64,000 nucleotides of DNA from a phage, in sequence record OR896157.1. One strand, written 5' to 3'. Position numbers and translations under genes: made by a program. Shown piece after piece: positions 36,872 through 51,071 of the stretch; within the stretch, counting starts at the first letter, position 1, and each line of letters starts with the position of its first letter. The notes below the pieces were generated by a model that saw only the letters and a program-made list of their open reading frames with translations, searched no databases and had not been told where the DNA came from.

Positions 36872-37533
36872 TGATTAGTGTATCTTCTTCAAAGGCGGGA
36901 CTTAAGTCCCGCAATGCAGATTTCTTGCAATATGAAATCGCCCCAGGCAGTATTGATGTTATGAATACTCAGCCAATTGGGTCAAATACGATTTCACAAA
37001 AATATAAAGGTGTTGATTTTCCAAATGTTCAATCAGCGATAGAAGATGTTCGTGGATTCGCTATTCTTCCAATTGGAACAATTGTAATTAACGATACTGG
37101 CGTTTCTCCTGAAGGTATTCAACAAATTGATGATTGGACTTTTACCGGAACAGTAGCAGTTGATGGAAAATCTGAAGGTGAATCAGTTTTAGTTGATGTA
37201 TACGGATTTATGGTTCCGGCTTTAATTGGTGACACTGACACTGAATTTGCCGCGAAAGTTAAATTGGTTCTTGAGGACGCTATTACTGCTGGAGATGTAA
37301 TTTCTTCAGTTGAAGTATCTACATCTGCCGGTAATATTTTAAATGTTAAATATATCGACAACCAAGAACATATTCTTCCCTCATATTCTTCATGTGGAGT
37401 TTCCATCTCTGCTTCAATCCAGTCTCCTTCTAAGGTTGGTTATGGGTCATGGGATTTAATCGGTCGTCAATCGTTAACTTTCGATGGAGCTACTTCACCG
37501 ACAGTTTTACAATACTTTAAGAGAATGGGTTAA
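36871..37533 (+). CDS. 11: gp11 baseplate wedge and tail pin
   Basis: start at MISVSS (TAATG overlap); KAGLKSRNADFL and VSPEGIQQ match T4 gp11. Confidence 0.85.
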   Translation: MISVSSSKAGLKSRNADFLQYEIAPGSIDVMNTQPIGSNTISQKYKGVDFPNVQSAIEDVRGFAILPIGTIVINDTGVSPEGIQQIDDWTFTGTVAVDGKSEGESVLVDVYGFMVPALIGDTDTEFAAKVKLVLEDAITAGDVISSVEVSTSAGNILNVKYIDNQEHILPSYSSCGVSISASIQSPSKVGYGSWDLIGRQSLTFDGATSPTVLQYFKRMG

Positions 37534-39083
37534 TGGCTACTAATACTCTAAACCACATAAGTGACGAATCAAAATATAAAACGTTTAACCCGGCTGGAAC
37601 TAGTTTTCCAGCCAACATAACAAACGTTCAATCGGCATTAGCCGCATTAAAGCCAATAGCAGTTAACGGCGTTCCTGACGCAACTGAAACTGTTAAAGGG
37701 ATAATTCGCATTGCTACCCAACAAGAAGTTAATGATGGTGATTCAGCTAATACTGTAGTTACTCCAAAAACTTTAAAAGAACGTCTTGGTAATCCACAAG
37801 CTTCTACTACAGTAATTGGCTTAACTCGATATGCTACTACAGCTGAAGCTACTGCAGGGTCTATTGGCAATGCTGCTGTTGTTCCAACAGGGTTAAAAGC
37901 TTCAATTGATAATGCGTTTGCTACTCGTATTTCTAAAGAGTCAGTTTTAGGTGTAATTAAAATTGCTACAGTTGCAATGGCTGAAGCCGGTACTGATGAT
38001 ACCTCGGCAATGACTCCATTGAAAACCCAAAGAGCAATTGCAAAAGCAACAGCAGTTCTTCCAGTTTATGGACCAGCGACAGAATCAGTAAGTGGTACTG
38101 TGCGTATTGCTACTAACGGGCAAGTTGCTCAAGGAACTCTAAGAGACGGGTATGCCGTATCTCCAAGTGGATTAGCCTCTTTAACAGCTACATCTTCTCG
38201 CAGAGGTTTAGCTCGTTCCGCTACTATCGCCGAAGTTAATGCAAATACCGCCGGAGATATTTTTGTTACTCCAAATGGATTGAACCAAAGAGTTGGTACT
38301 ACTTCAACAAAAGGTCTTGTTAAATTAACTACTACTGTAGGCTCAGGTGACGCAAATACTGCATTAGCATATAACGCTGACGTTGTTCATACTCGCGGCG
38401 GACAAACAATTAATGGAACCACAACGTTTGGTGCTGCGCGAGTAAATGGTCGTCTTGATGTTGGTTCTGGTTTTATTAACAACCAGCAAATTGCTACAGT
38501 AAACATGTTAGTTGATTCCGTTCCAATTGGAACAATTATCATGTGGCCAGGACATAACCCTCCAAACTCAGATTGGATGCATTGTCATGGAGCGTTATTG
38601 AATAAAGGGGATTCTCAATATTCTACTTTATACAGCATTATTGGCACTATATATGGTGGAGACGCTACTCGGTTCGCTCTTCCTGATATGCGCGGTATGT
38701 TCCCTCGTGGTGTTGGTAAGTCAAACATCATGAACCAGTATTCAGGAAACGATTCAAAAGGTAAACCTGGTTTAGGAGCTGGTTGTGGTAATGCTTCATT
38801 AGGTCAATCAATGCCGCAATCTGTTCGTAAACACAAACATGAATCAGGATGGGGTGAACACTATAAGCGTTCAGATGCAAGAAATGGATGTACTGTACGT
38901 AATGGTTACTTAGGTGCTAATCGTTCAGATTATGATAACTATAAGTATTTTACTAATGATGGTGCTGAAGTTGAAGCAGCTAATATTCGTGATTCATTCG
39001 GTACTATGAATACTGATGGATTAATGGGTGATGAAAACCGTCCTTGGTCAATTGCTCTAAACTTTGTAATAAAAGTAAGATAA
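37533..39083 (+). CDS. 12: gp12 short tail fibre
   Basis: N-terminal and C-terminal blocks (YFTNDG..., NRPWSIALNFVIKV) match T4 gp12. Confidence 0.9.
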   Translation: MATNTLNHISDESKYKTFNPAGTSFPANITNVQSALAALKPIAVNGVPDATETVKGIIRIATQQEVNDGDSANTVVTPKTLKERLGNPQASTTVIGLTRYATTAEATAGSIGNAAVVPTGLKASIDNAFATRISKESVLGVIKIATVAMAEAGTDDTSAMTPLKTQRAIAKATAVLPVYGPATESVSGTVRIATNGQVAQGTLRDGYAVSPSGLASLTATSSRRGLARSATIAEVNANTAGDIFVTPNGLNQRVGTTSTKGLVKLTTTVGSGDANTALAYNADVVHTRGGQTINGTTTFGAARVNGRLDVGSGFINNQQIATVNMLVDSVPIGTIIMWPGHNPPNSDWMHCHGALLNKGDSQYSTLYSIIGTIYGGDATRFALPDMRGMFPRGVGKSNIMNQYSGNDSKGKPGLGAGCGNASLGQSMPQSVRKHKHESGWGEHYKRSDARNGCTVRNGYLGANRSDYDNYKYFTNDGAEVEAANIRDSFGTMNTDGLMGDENRPWSIALNFVIKVR

Positions 39084-39091
39084 GGAAAAAT

Positions 39092-40504
39092 ATGTCAACT
39101 ATTGATTTAACTCCCCTTCCTTACGTCAACGGCCTTCCGGATGAAGGCCAATCTCGTGTGAACTGGATTAAAAATGGCGAGGAATTAACAGGAGCATCCA
39201 CCAAGAATGGTGTAGACGGTAATTTGAACCGTGGACCGGTACAGGTCCAACAAAACGTGGAAGTGCTCGACGGGAATATCGTAGTTGTCCGTGATTCTCT
39301 TGAGCAATCAAATGTAAGAATTAAGAATGTCGAGGATGCCCTAGGAGTCATTGGGGATGTCGATGTTGTCAAACAAATAGGTATTAACACATCTGCAATT
39401 AAAGTTCTCCAGAGTGACACAGAGGGACTTAAAACCACATCAGATGACCATGGTCTGCGTATAACTCACATCGAAGAAGATGTAGGTGAATATGACCCGT
39501 CACGTGATTCTGTTTATCGTCCAGTTCGTGAAGACTTGCTTTGGATTAAAACTGAGTTAGGCGCTTATCCAGGCCAAGACATCAACGGTATGTCTATTCC
39601 TATGGCCCCTGCGTTAGGTTTGAAGAAGCGTGTTATTGACACTGCTAAAGTTGTAAATGATAACTCAATTCGTATCGCTAATATTGAAAAACAATTCAAT
39701 GACTCAGATGTTGGTTCATTAACGATTGAAGTCCAAAACCTTCGAAATGAAATGGGTTCAAGAGCATCTGCTGGTATTGATAGTGTTTACGTTCGTTTGA
39801 ACAAAATGAATGGAACTATCAGTACTTTAGCAATGGACATGGAAAATGTTTTAGATTCGATTGGGTATAACAATGGAGTTATCGATTTACACAACTTGGT
39901 TGTAATAAACCGCGATGCAATCACCGAGGTTAATCGTAAATTAAGTGACCCTACAATAGGATTAATTCCTCGTGTAGATTTAATTGAATCAGCTATCGGA
40001 AAAGATTCTCAGCCGTCAAGCATCAACGGAAGAATTAAAATTAACCGCGATGAAATTACAGCTCTGAAATCTATTGTTGGTGCAGATACTTCGTCTGGTT
40101 TACGTGGACAAGTTGCATGGATTAACCAAGTAGTTGGTATTAATGAAAGCGGAACTCCTGCTCCGTCTAATTCTTTAATTGGACAAATTAATACTTTGAC
40201 TACCATGCAAAACCAAATGGCTAATACCATTCAGGATATCCAGGTAGATATTGGTAACAATAACGAAGGTTTAAAAGGCCAAGTAATTCGTTTAAATAGT
40301 CTTGTAATGGGTACAAACCCTAACGGTGCTACTGTTGAAGAAAGAGGACTTTTAAACGTAGCAAAAACTCAAGACACTGATATTTCAAATATTAAAACCG
40401 AACTTCAAAACTTAATTCCAGAAGCTCCTCGTGATGGAAAAGCTTATGTTCGTAAAGACGGTGCTTGGGTCGACTTAGACACCATTCTTAATCCTACTCC
40501 ATAA
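39092..40504 (+). CDS. wac: fibritin (whisker)
   Basis: start at MSTIDLTPLP; GQSRVNWIKNGEE and C-terminal foldon IPEAPRDGKAYVRKDGAWV. Confidence 0.9.
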   Translation: MSTIDLTPLPYVNGLPDEGQSRVNWIKNGEELTGASTKNGVDGNLNRGPVQVQQNVEVLDGNIVVVRDSLEQSNVRIKNVEDALGVIGDVDVVKQIGINTSAIKVLQSDTEGLKTTSDDHGLRITHIEEDVGEYDPSRDSVYRPVREDLLWIKTELGAYPGQDINGMSIPMAPALGLKKRVIDTAKVVNDNSIRIANIEKQFNDSDVGSLTIEVQNLRNEMGSRASAGIDSVYVRLNKMNGTISTLAMDMENVLDSIGYNNGVIDLHNLVVINRDAITEVNRKLSDPTIGLIPRVDLIESAIGKDSQPSSINGRIKINRDEITALKSIVGADTSSGLRGQVAWINQVVGINESGTPAPSNSLIGQINTLTTMQNQMANTIQDIQVDIGNNNEGLKGQVIRLNSLVMGTNPNGATVEERGLLNVAKTQDTDISNIKTELQNLIPEAPRDGKAYVRKDGAWVDLDTILNPTP

Positions 40505-40508
40505 TAAA

Positions 40509-40522
40509 GGGCCTTCGGGCCC
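40509..40522 (+). other. C(UUCG)G stem-loop gggccuucgggccc
   Basis: perfect hairpin after wac. Confidence 0.5.
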
Positions 40523-40534
40523 TTAGAGGTTTAT

Positions 40535-41473
40535 ATGGCCGCAAATACCGCACGCAATCCAAAAGAATTAAAAGATGTTATTTTGCGTCGTCTTGGCGCA
40601 CCAATCATTAACGTTGAATTAACCGAAGATATGATTTATGATTGTATCCAACGAGCTTTAGAGCTATTCGGTGAATATCATTATGACGGCTTAAATAAAG
40701 GCTATCAAGTAATTCATATTGGCGATGACGAAATCGGTCGTGGTCAATTCAAAAATGGTGTGTTTGATTTTTCAGACCGCAACATTTTCGCAGTCACACA
40801 AATTGTTCGTACTAACGTTGGTTCACTGACAAGTATGGACGGTAATGCTACTTATCCATGGTTCACTGATTTCCTATTAGGAATGGCTGGAATTAATGGC
40901 GGTATGGGTAGCTCTTGTAATAAAGCTTATGGACCAAATGCATTTGGAGCTGATCTTGGCTATTTCACTCAGCTCACAACTTATTGGTCAATGATGCAAG
41001 ACATGCTCGCTCCATTACCAGACTTTTGGTTCAACGATGCTACCGGCCAGCTTAAAATTATGGGCAACTTCCAGTTAGGCGATGTAATTGTAGTTGAATG
41101 CTGGACTAAATCTTATATTGACGTGGACAAAATGGTTGGAAATAAAGCTGGATATGGAACAGCAGGCCCAGAAACATCTTGGGCTCTTCCTGATGTGTAT
41201 GATAATCCAGATAAGCGTTTGACTGGTTACAGGGCTGGTGAAGAACTTTCAATTGTTCAAGGCTCTTATAACAATCGTTGGGTAAAAGATTATGCTCATA
41301 TTCTGGCAAAAGAATTACTTGGTCAAGTATTAGCTCGTCACCAAGGCATGCAGCTTCCAGGTGGTGTCACATTAAATGGTGAACGTTTAATTGAAGAAGC
41401 TCGATTAGAAAAAGAATATGCTTTAGAACAGCTTTACTTACTTGACCCTCCAACAGGAGTACTTGTAGGATGA
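40535..41473 (+). CDS. 13: gp13 neck protein
   Basis: 312 aa, synteny. Confidence 0.8.
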   Translation: MAANTARNPKELKDVILRRLGAPIINVELTEDMIYDCIQRALELFGEYHYDGLNKGYQVIHIGDDEIGRGQFKNGVFDFSDRNIFAVTQIVRTNVGSLTSMDGNATYPWFTDFLLGMAGINGGMGSSCNKAYGPNAFGADLGYFTQLTTYWSMMQDMLAPLPDFWFNDATGQLKIMGNFQLGDVIVVECWTKSYIDVDKMVGNKAGYGTAGPETSWALPDVYDNPDKRLTGYRAGEELSIVQGSYNNRWVKDYAHILAKELLGQVLARHQGMQLPGGVTLNGERLIEEARLEKEYALEQLYLLDPPTGVLVG

Positions 41474-42270
41474 TGAATAAAAATTTGTTCGCGAAGCTCG
41501 AGAACAAATCAGGTTATTCACGCACTAATGAAGAGGAAGTTCTCAATCCATATGTGAACTTCCACAATCATTTTAACACCCAAGCTCTGTTTGATACTCT
41601 TGTGGCTGAAAGTATTCAAATGCGTGGGGTTAAATGTTACTATGTTCCGCGTGAATATGTAAAACCTGACTACGTCTTTGGTGAAGACCTTCAGTCCAAG
41701 TTCACTAAAGCTTGGCAATTTGCAGCTTACATTAACTCATTTGAGGGTTATGAAGGAGCAAATACATTTTATAGCAAGTTCGGAATGCAGGTTAATGATG
41801 AAGTTACTTTGTCAATTAACCCAGGTCTCTTTAAGCATCAAGTAAATGGGCAAGAACCTAAGGAAGGAGACTTAATTTACTTTCCGATGGACAACAGCTT
41901 GTTTGAAATTTCTTGGGTAGAGCCGTATGACCCATTCTATCAAGCTGGACGAAATGCTATTCGTAAGATTACAGCAGAAAAATTCATTTACTCTGGCGAG
42001 CAGCTTAAACCTGAGCTTCAGCGTAATGATGGAATTAACATTCCTGAATTCAGTGAGCTTGATTTAGACCCTATTCATGAATTAGATGGTCTTTCTGATA
42101 TCAATGAAGTTCCGTATCAAGAAGTAGACCAAATGAATGATGAAGCTGATAAAGACGTTAAGCAATATGAAGTCGTTAATGGTACCGGTTCACCCAAGGT
42201 AGAACCACCAAGAAACAGACCACCTGCTAACCATGTAGCATCTCCATTTGATGATGGTTTTATGCTATAA
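41470..42270 (+). CDS. 14: gp14 neck protein
   Basis: 266 aa, synteny. Confidence 0.8.
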   Translation: MMNKNLFAKLENKSGYSRTNEEEVLNPYVNFHNHFNTQALFDTLVAESIQMRGVKCYYVPREYVKPDYVFGEDLQSKFTKAWQFAAYINSFEGYEGANTFYSKFGMQVNDEVTLSINPGLFKHQVNGQEPKEGDLIYFPMDNSLFEISWVEPYDPFYQAGRNAIRKITAEKFIYSGEQLKPELQRNDGINIPEFSELDLDPIHELDGLSDINEVPYQEVDQMNDEADKDVKQYEVVNGTGSPKVEPPRNRPPANHVASPFDDGFML

Positions 42271-42274
42271 ATAG
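42267..42274 (+). promoter_or_regulatory. late promoter TATAAATA for gene 15
   Basis: exact motif. Confidence 0.55.
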
Positions 42275-42315
42275 TTAAAAGCATATACGGCTCTTCGGAG
42301 CCGTTAGGAGAAACA

Positions 42316-43145
42316 ATGTTCGGATATTTTTATAACTCGTCTTTGCGCAGATACATCCTAATGCTGGGTGACTTGTTCTCCAATATTCAAGTTCAGAGAG
42401 TGCGCGAAGACATAGGCAAGACATATATCAGAGTTCCAATTACTTATGCTTCTAAAGAACATTTTATGATGAAGCTGAATAAATGGACTTCTGTTAATAA
42501 TGAAGATGGTCCTGCGAAAGTAGAGACAATTCTTCCGCGTATCAACCTTCATTTAGTTGATATGATGTACAACCCAACTTATAAGACTGGACAACTTAAT
42601 CGTTCAGCAATGAGCAATCCTAATTCGAAGACTGGGACTATTTCTCAATACAACCCAACTCCGATTAAAATGATTTTTGAGCTTGGAATTTTTACTCGTC
42701 ACCAGGACGATATGTTTCAAATTGTAGAGCAAATTATGCCCTACTTCCAACCTCATTTTAACACCACAATGACTGAACTATTCGAAAACGAAATTACATT
42801 TGAAAGAGATATAAGAATAACTTTCCAATCTATTTCAATTGACGAACAAATCGATGGAGACAAACAATCTAGAAGAAGATTAGAATGGTCCATCATGTTT
42901 GAAGTGAATGGTTGGCTTTACCCTCCAGCTTTCGATTTAAGTGGTGAAATCCGTACAATTTATCTTGATTTCCATGCTAACAGTCGTGAATTGGTAAATG
43001 AAGGTGTATTTGAATCTGTGGATTCTGAAGTAGACCCGCGCGATGTTGAAATTGAAGATTGGGACGGAAAATCTATTCAGAAATATGACAGCGATTCAAC
43101 TCCAATTCCAAAAGAGCCTGAACCGCCTGGGCCACGAGGTGTATA

Positions 43146-43146
<1 letters not shown>
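42316..43146 (+). CDS. 15: gp15 tail sheath stabiliser / terminator
   Basis: 276 aa, synteny. Confidence 0.8.
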
Positions 43147-45462
<2,316 letters not shown>

Positions 45463-45492
45463 TACTAAAGCACACATGTAGAGGAATTCTTA

Positions 45493-47475
45493 ATGGCTTT
45501 ATTATCTCCGGGCGTTGAGCTCAAAGAAACTAGTGTACAAAGCACTATTGTTAATAATGCTACTGGGCGTGCGGCCCTGGCTGGTAAATTCCAGTGGGGT
45601 CCGGTTGGTCAAGTTGTTCAAGTGACTAACGAAGTCGAATTAGTCGATATTTTCGGCACTCCAGATAGCGAAACTGCTGATTACTTTATGTCAGCAATGA
45701 ACTTCCTGCAATATGGCAATGATCTTCGTATTTCTCGTGCAGTAAATCGCGAAGTAGCTAAAAACTCATCTCCAATTGCTGGGAACGTTGAAATTACCAT
45801 TTCTGCTGCGGGTTCAAACTATGCTGTAGGCGATACCGTTCGAGTTAAATACAACGTAAACGTTATTGAATCAGCTGGTAAAGTTACTGCGGTTGATGGT
45901 AACGGTGGTATTGTTTCAGTTTCAGTACCAAGCGCAAAAATTATTGCATACGCAAAATCAATTAATCAATACCCTGGCCTTGGAGCAAACTGGACTGCTG
46001 AAGTTACTTCTGCATCTTCTGGCGTAGCTGCAACTCTGACTGTTGGAAAAATTGTAACTGATTCTGGTGTTCTTTTAACTGAGCCAGAAACTGCTACTGA
46101 GCAAATGACTTCGGTCGAATTCCAAGCTGCTTTGAAAACTTATGGCATGCCAGGTGTCGCTGCTCTTTATCCGGGTGAACTTGGTTCTCAATTAGAACTT
46201 GAAATTGTCTCTAAAGCTGGATTTGAACAGGGCGCTGCTACACAGCTTCCAATTTACCCTGCTGGCGGAACTCGTGTTTCTACTGCTCGTGCAGTATTTG
46301 GATACGGTCCTCAGTCAGATGACCAATATTGCATTATCGTTCGTCGTGACGGAGCAATTGTAGAAAGCTTTGTTCTTTCAACTAAACGCGGTTCTAAGGA
46401 CGTTTACGGAAATAACATCTTCATTGATGATTTCTTCTCTAAGGGTTCAAGCAATTATATCTTCGCTACTGCTGAAGGCTGGCCAACTGGATTCTCCGGT
46501 ATTGTTCAGTTGTCCGGTGGTGTATCTGCAAACGAATCAGTTACAGCTGGTGATGTAATGCAGGCATGGGATTTATTTGCTGACCGTGAAGCTCTGCATG
46601 TTAATCTCTTGATTGCAGGTGCATGTGCTGGTGAAGATGACGAATTTGCATCTACTGTTCAAAAACACGTAGTATCAATTGCTGATGAACGGCAAGACTG
46701 TCTGGCTCTTATTTCTCCTCCACGTAGTGTGTTGGTAAATATTCCTCTGACTCGTGCAATTGATAACTTAGTCGATTGGCGTACAGGTACTGGAACTTAT
46801 GCAGATGCAAATATGAACATCAGTTCTACTTACGCATCTATTGACGGTAACTACAAATATCAGTATGACAAATACAATGATGTTAACCGTTGGGTTCCGT
46901 TAGCTGCTGATATGGCTGGTCTGTGTGCTCGTACTGATAATGTCAGTCAACCTTGGATGTCTCCAGCTGGTTATAACCGTGGACAGATTCTGAACGTCAT
47001 TAAATTGGCAATCGAACCTCGTCAGAGCCAACGTGACCGTCTGTATCAGGAAGCAATTAACCCTGTTACTGGCACCGGTGGTGACGGATTCGTTCTGTTC
47101 GGCGATAAGACTGCAACCAAAGTTCCTACTCCGTTTGACCGCATCAACGTACGTCGTCTGTTCAACATGCTGAAAACGAATATTGGAAACGCTTCTAAAT
47201 ATCGTCTGTTCGAGATGAACGACAACTTCACTCGTTCAAGCTTCCGTATGGAAACTTCTCAGTACCTGTCTGGAATTAAATCTCTGGGTGGTGTATATGA
47301 ATTCCGTGTGGTATGTGATACTACGAACAACACGCCTGCTGTAATCGACCGCAATGAGTTTGTTGCGTCGTTCTACATCAAGCCAGCTCGTTCTATCAAC
47401 TACATCACTCTGAACTTCGTTGCTACTGCTACGGGTGCTGATTTCGATGAACTGATTGGACCACAAGCTCAATAA
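45493..47475 (+). CDS. 18: tail sheath protein
   Basis: 660 aa, synteny. Confidence 0.9.
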   Translation: MALLSPGVELKETSVQSTIVNNATGRAALAGKFQWGPVGQVVQVTNEVELVDIFGTPDSETADYFMSAMNFLQYGNDLRISRAVNREVAKNSSPIAGNVEITISAAGSNYAVGDTVRVKYNVNVIESAGKVTAVDGNGGIVSVSVPSAKIIAYAKSINQYPGLGANWTAEVTSASSGVAATLTVGKIVTDSGVLLTEPETATEQMTSVEFQAALKTYGMPGVAALYPGELGSQLELEIVSKAGFEQGAATQLPIYPAGGTRVSTARAVFGYGPQSDDQYCIIVRRDGAIVESFVLSTKRGSKDVYGNNIFIDDFFSKGSSNYIFATAEGWPTGFSGIVQLSGGVSANESVTAGDVMQAWDLFADREALHVNLLIAGACAGEDDEFASTVQKHVVSIADERQDCLALISPPRSVLVNIPLTRAIDNLVDWRTGTGTYADANMNISSTYASIDGNYKYQYDKYNDVNRWVPLAADMAGLCARTDNVSQPWMSPAGYNRGQILNVIKLAIEPRQSQRDRLYQEAINPVTGTGGDGFVLFGDKTATKVPTPFDRINVRRLFNMLKTNIGNASKYRLFEMNDNFTRSSFRMETSQYLSGIKSLGGVYEFRVVCDTTNNTPAVIDRNEFVASFYIKPARSINYITLNFVATATGADFDELIGPQAQ

Positions 47476-47569
47476 TTCTAAGACACTTAGGGACCTTCGA
47501 GAGGAGGTCCATAAATACAATCATCTTAGGAAAACTAATTCATCTCGGCCGTTCTGGTGAATCAGAACG

Positions 47570-47577
47570 GTATAAAT
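47570..47577 (+). promoter_or_regulatory. late promoter TATAAATA for gene 19
   Basis: exact motif. Confidence 0.6.
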
Positions 47578-47593
47578 ATAACAGGAACTCACA

Positions 47594-48085
47594 ATGGAAT
47601 TAACAGATCTCACGAGAGCATTCGAATCCGGTGATTTCGCGCGTCCTAACTTGTTTGAGGTAGAAATTCCTTATCTCGGTAAGAACTTCAGCTTCAAATG
47701 TAAAGCAGCTCCACTGCCTGCTGGTATCGTTGAAAAAATTCCGGTCGGTTATATGAACCGTAAACTTAACGTTGCCGGTGACCGTACATTCGACGATTGG
47801 ACCGTGACTATCTATAACGATGATGCTCATAATACTCGTCAAGCTATTGTTGAATGGCAGGGTATCGCAGCAGGTCAGGGTAATGAAATTACTGGTGGCT
47901 CGCCTGCAGAGTATAAGAAAAAAGCAATTGTCCGTCAATTCGCACGTGATAGTAAAACAATTACTCGTGAAATTGAAATTACGGGCGTTTGGCCAACTAA
48001 CGTTGGTGAAGTCCAGCTCGACTGGGATTCAAACAACGAAGTTGAGACCTTTGAAGTAACATTCTGTCTCGACTGGTGGTTGTAA
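47594..48085 (+). CDS. 19: tail tube protein
   Basis: 163 aa, synteny. Confidence 0.9.
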   Translation: MELTDLTRAFESGDFARPNLFEVEIPYLGKNFSFKCKAAPLPAGIVEKIPVGYMNRKLNVAGDRTFDDWTVTIYNDDAHNTRQAIVEWQGIAAGQGNEITGGSPAEYKKKAIVRQFARDSKTITREIEITGVWPTNVGEVQLDWDSNNEVETFEVTFCLDWWL

Positions 48086-48090
48086 AATGT

Positions 48091-48104
48091 GGGCCTTCGG
48101 GCCC
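48091..48104 (+). other. C(UUCG)G stem-loop gggccuucgggccc
   Basis: perfect hairpin after gene 19. Confidence 0.5.
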
Positions 48105-48105
48105 A

Positions 48106-48113
48106 TATAAATA
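48106..48113 (+). promoter_or_regulatory. late promoter TATAAATA for gene 20
   Basis: exact motif. Confidence 0.6.
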
Positions 48114-48133
48114 TTAGTATGCTTTAACCCTTA

Positions 48134-49714
48134 TTGGAGACTCTAATGAAATTTGACGTCTTAAGTTTGTTCGCGCCGTGGGCCAAAGTCGACGAACAGG
48201 AATACGACCAGCAGCTAAATAATAATTTAGAGTCTATCACGGCCCCTAAATTTGATGACGGCGCGACAGAGATTGAATCGGAACGTGGAGACATTGCAGG
48301 CGCTGGATTATTCCAGAGAATGTACGGTCAAAATGAACCGGGAATGAAAAACACCAGGGAGCTTATCGATACTTACCGTCAGTTAATGAATAACTACGAA
48401 GTAGATAACGCTGTCCAAGAAATCGTCTTAGATGCAATTGTATACGAAGATGATCATCCAGTTGTTTCATTGGATTTAGATAACACTGATTTTAGCCAGG
48501 CGATTAAAGACCGTTTACAAGAAGAATTTAACGAAGTTCTTACTTGTCTGAATTTTGAAAGAAAGGGTCTTGACCATTTCCGTCGCTGGTATGTCGATTC
48601 TCGTATCTTCTTCCATAAAATTATTAACCCTAAAAAACCGAAAGAAGGTATTCAAGAGCTTCGTCGTTTAGACCCTCGCAATATTCAGTTCGTTCGTGAA
48701 GTTATCACTGACACTGAAGCGGGCGTGAAAATTGTTAAAGGCTACAAAGAATATTTCGTTTATAACACCGGTCACGAGTCTTATCAATGTGACGGTCGAA
48801 TTTACGACGCTGGAACGAAAATTAAAATTCCAAAGGCTGCAGTTGTTTATGCACACTCTGGATTAGTTGATTGTTCAGGAAGAAACATCATCGGTTATTT
48901 GCACCGAGCTGTTAAACCTGCTAACCAGCTTAAACTGCTTGAAGACGCAATGGTGATTTATCGTATTACACGTGCGCCAGACCGTCGAGTATTTTACATT
49001 GACACAGGGAACATGCCTTCCCGTAAAGCTGCTGCTCATATGCAACACATCATGAACACCATGAAAAACCGTGTGGTATATGATGCGTCTACTGGTAAAA
49101 TTAAAAACCAGCAGCACAATATGTCAATGACAGAAGATTATTGGTTACAGCGCCGCGATGGTAAAGCTGTTACTGAAATTGATAATATGCCTGGTGCTTC
49201 AGGCATGAACGAAATGGACGATGTCCGTTGGTTCAAGAACAACCTTTACCAAGCATTACGTGTTCCACTGTCTCGTATCCCGAATGACCAACAAAGTGGA
49301 GTTCAGTTTGATGCTGGAACTGGAATTACACGTGACGAGTTACAATTTGCTAAATTCATTCGTGAACTGCAGCATAAGTTTGAAGAAATTTTCCTCGACC
49401 CTCTTAAAACAAACCTTATTTTGAAAGGCGTAATGAGCGAAGATGATTGGAAAGATGAAATAAATAACATTAAGATAGTATTTCATCGTGACAGTTACTT
49501 CACTGAACTTAAAGATGCTGAAGTCACTGAACGCAGATTCAATATGCTTCAAATGGCCGAACCGTTTATCGGTAAGTATATTTCTCATCAGACTGCAATG
49601 AAGACTATTCTTCAAATGACTGATGAACAAATTGACCAAGAGGCTAAGCAAATTGAGCTAGAGTCTAAAGAGGCTCGTTTCCAAGACCCAGACCAAGAAC
49701 AAGAGGATTTCTAA
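48134..49714 (+). CDS. 20: portal vertex protein
   Basis: 526 aa, synteny. Confidence 0.9.
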   Translation: METLMKFDVLSLFAPWAKVDEQEYDQQLNNNLESITAPKFDDGATEIESERGDIAGAGLFQRMYGQNEPGMKNTRELIDTYRQLMNNYEVDNAVQEIVLDAIVYEDDHPVVSLDLDNTDFSQAIKDRLQEEFNEVLTCLNFERKGLDHFRRWYVDSRIFFHKIINPKKPKEGIQELRRLDPRNIQFVREVITDTEAGVKIVKGYKEYFVYNTGHESYQCDGRIYDAGTKIKIPKAAVVYAHSGLVDCSGRNIIGYLHRAVKPANQLKLLEDAMVIYRITRAPDRRVFYIDTGNMPSRKAAAHMQHIMNTMKNRVVYDASTGKIKNQQHNMSMTEDYWLQRRDGKAVTEIDNMPGASGMNEMDDVRWFKNNLYQALRVPLSRIPNDQQSGVQFDAGTGITRDELQFAKFIRELQHKFEEIFLDPLKTNLILKGVMSEDDWKDEINNIKIVFHRDSYFTELKDAEVTERRFNMLQMAEPFIGKYISHQTAMKTILQMTDEQIDQEAKQIELESKEARFQDPDQEQEDF

Positions 49715-49962
49715 TGGAAGATTTCATCTCCGCACTCAAATCCAACGACCTCGTTAAAGCTAAGAAAGCCTTTGGTGCTATTATGCTTGAACAGACCGCT
49801 GATTTGATTAGCCAACGTCGTGTTGAGATTGCCCAATCTATTATGATTGAAGGCGAAGAAAAAGAAGACGACGAAGACGAGAATGATGATTCTGAAGATG
49901 AAGGTAAAGAAAAACCTGAATCTAAAGATGAAAAAGATTCTGAAGACGAAGACGAAGAATAA
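49714..49962 (+). CDS. 67: prohead core protein gp67
   Basis: 82 aa with acidic C-terminus. Confidence 0.75.
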   Translation: MEDFISALKSNDLVKAKKAFGAIMLEQTADLISQRRVEIAQSIMIEGEEKEDDEDENDDSEDEGKEKPESKDEKDSEDEDEE

Positions 49963-49971
49963 GGAGTCGCA

Positions 49972-50397
49972 ATGCTGATTGTTCCTGATGAGTACGAAGT
50001 CGTACTTGAAAACATCGAAGCAGCTATTCCTGAAGCCGAATCTCGTTTTAAGCAGTTGTCAGAAGCTCTCGATAAAGCAGACATAAATACAATTGTAGAA
50101 AACATGTTGCCAATTGAACCTGAAGTAGCAATTGCTATGGGTTCACTGAATGAAGAAATGCAGCTCAATGAATTTATCGTTAAGCATGTTTCTTCTCGTG
50201 GAGAAATTACGCGTACTAAAGACCGTAAAACCCGCGAGCGCCAAGCATTCCAAACAACTGGTTTATCTAAAGCTAAACGTCGCGCTATCGCTCGAAAAGT
50301 CGTTAAGTCCAAACGCGCTAATCCGTCTGGTACTGTACGAGGCAACCGCAAACGTAAGAAAGCTATGAAACGTCGTCAGGCGTTAGGATTAAGCTAA
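49972..50397 (+). CDS. 68: prohead core protein gp68
   Basis: 141 aa, basic C-terminus. Confidence 0.75.
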   Translation: MLIVPDEYEVVLENIEAAIPEAESRFKQLSEALDKADINTIVENMLPIEPEVAIAMGSLNEEMQLNEFIVKHVSSRGEITRTKDRKTRERQAFQTTGLSKAKRRAIARKVVKSKRANPSGTVRGNRKRKKAMKRRQALGLS

Positions 50398-51038
50398 TGA
50401 ATGAACCCCAATTACTCATTGAGCATTGGGGTCAACCCGGCGAAATTTTGAATGGCGTACCGATGCTTGAGTCATACGATGGCTCAGATGCAGGGCTAAA
50501 ACCTGGATTATACATCGAAGGCGTGTTCATGCAAGCCGAAGTAGTTAACCGAAACAAGCGTCTTTATCCAAAGAGAGTATTGGAAAAAGCCGTAGCTAAT
50601 TATATTAAAGAGCAGGTTTCTACTAAACAAGCACTTGGAGAATTAAATCACCCACCACGTGCTAACGTTGACCCGATGCAAGCCGCAATCATCATCGAAG
50701 ATATGTGGTGGAAAGGAAACGATGTTTATGGACGAGCTCGTATTATTGAAGGTGACCATGGTCCTGGAGATAAACTCGCTGCAAACATTCGTGCTGGCTG
50801 GATTCCTGGAGTATCTAGTCGTGGACTAGGCTCATTAACGGAAACCAATAAAGGCTACCGTATCGTAAACGAAGGATTTAAACTCACCGTTGGCGTTGAT
50901 GCTGTGTGGGGACCTTCTGCACCAGATGCTTGGGTAACTCCGAAGCAGATTTCGGAATCCGCTGAGGCGCAAGTCGCCAAAAAGAATGACGATGAGTCAT
51001 TTAAAGCTCTCGTAGAGAGTCTCGAAAAAGCATTATAA
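50397..51038 (+). CDS. 21: prohead core protein / protease gp21
   Basis: [12 protein letters not shown]...NHPPRANVDPMQAAIIIEDMWW very close to T4 gp21. Confidence 0.9.
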   Translation: MNEPQLLIEHWGQPGEILNGVPMLESYDGSDAGLKPGLYIEGVFMQAEVVNRNKRLYPKRVLEKAVANYIKEQVSTKQALGELNHPPRANVDPMQAAIIIEDMWWKGNDVYGRARIIEGDHGPGDKLAANIRAGWIPGVSSRGLGSLTETNKGYRIVNEGFKLTVGVDAVWGPSAPDAWVTPKQISESAEAQVAKKNDDESFKALVESLEKAL

Positions 51039-51041
51039 ATA
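51034..51041 (+). promoter_or_regulatory. late promoter TATAAATA for gene 22
   Basis: exact motif overlapping gene 21 stop. Confidence 0.55.
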
Positions 51042-51071
51042 ATAATGTAACTTAACAACAGGACTAACAAA

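Noticed and set aside
49665-50351. 228-aa Ser-rich minus-strand ORF
   Set aside because: Antisense to genes 67/68; the Ser-rich sequence is the complement of their acidic and basic codon runs
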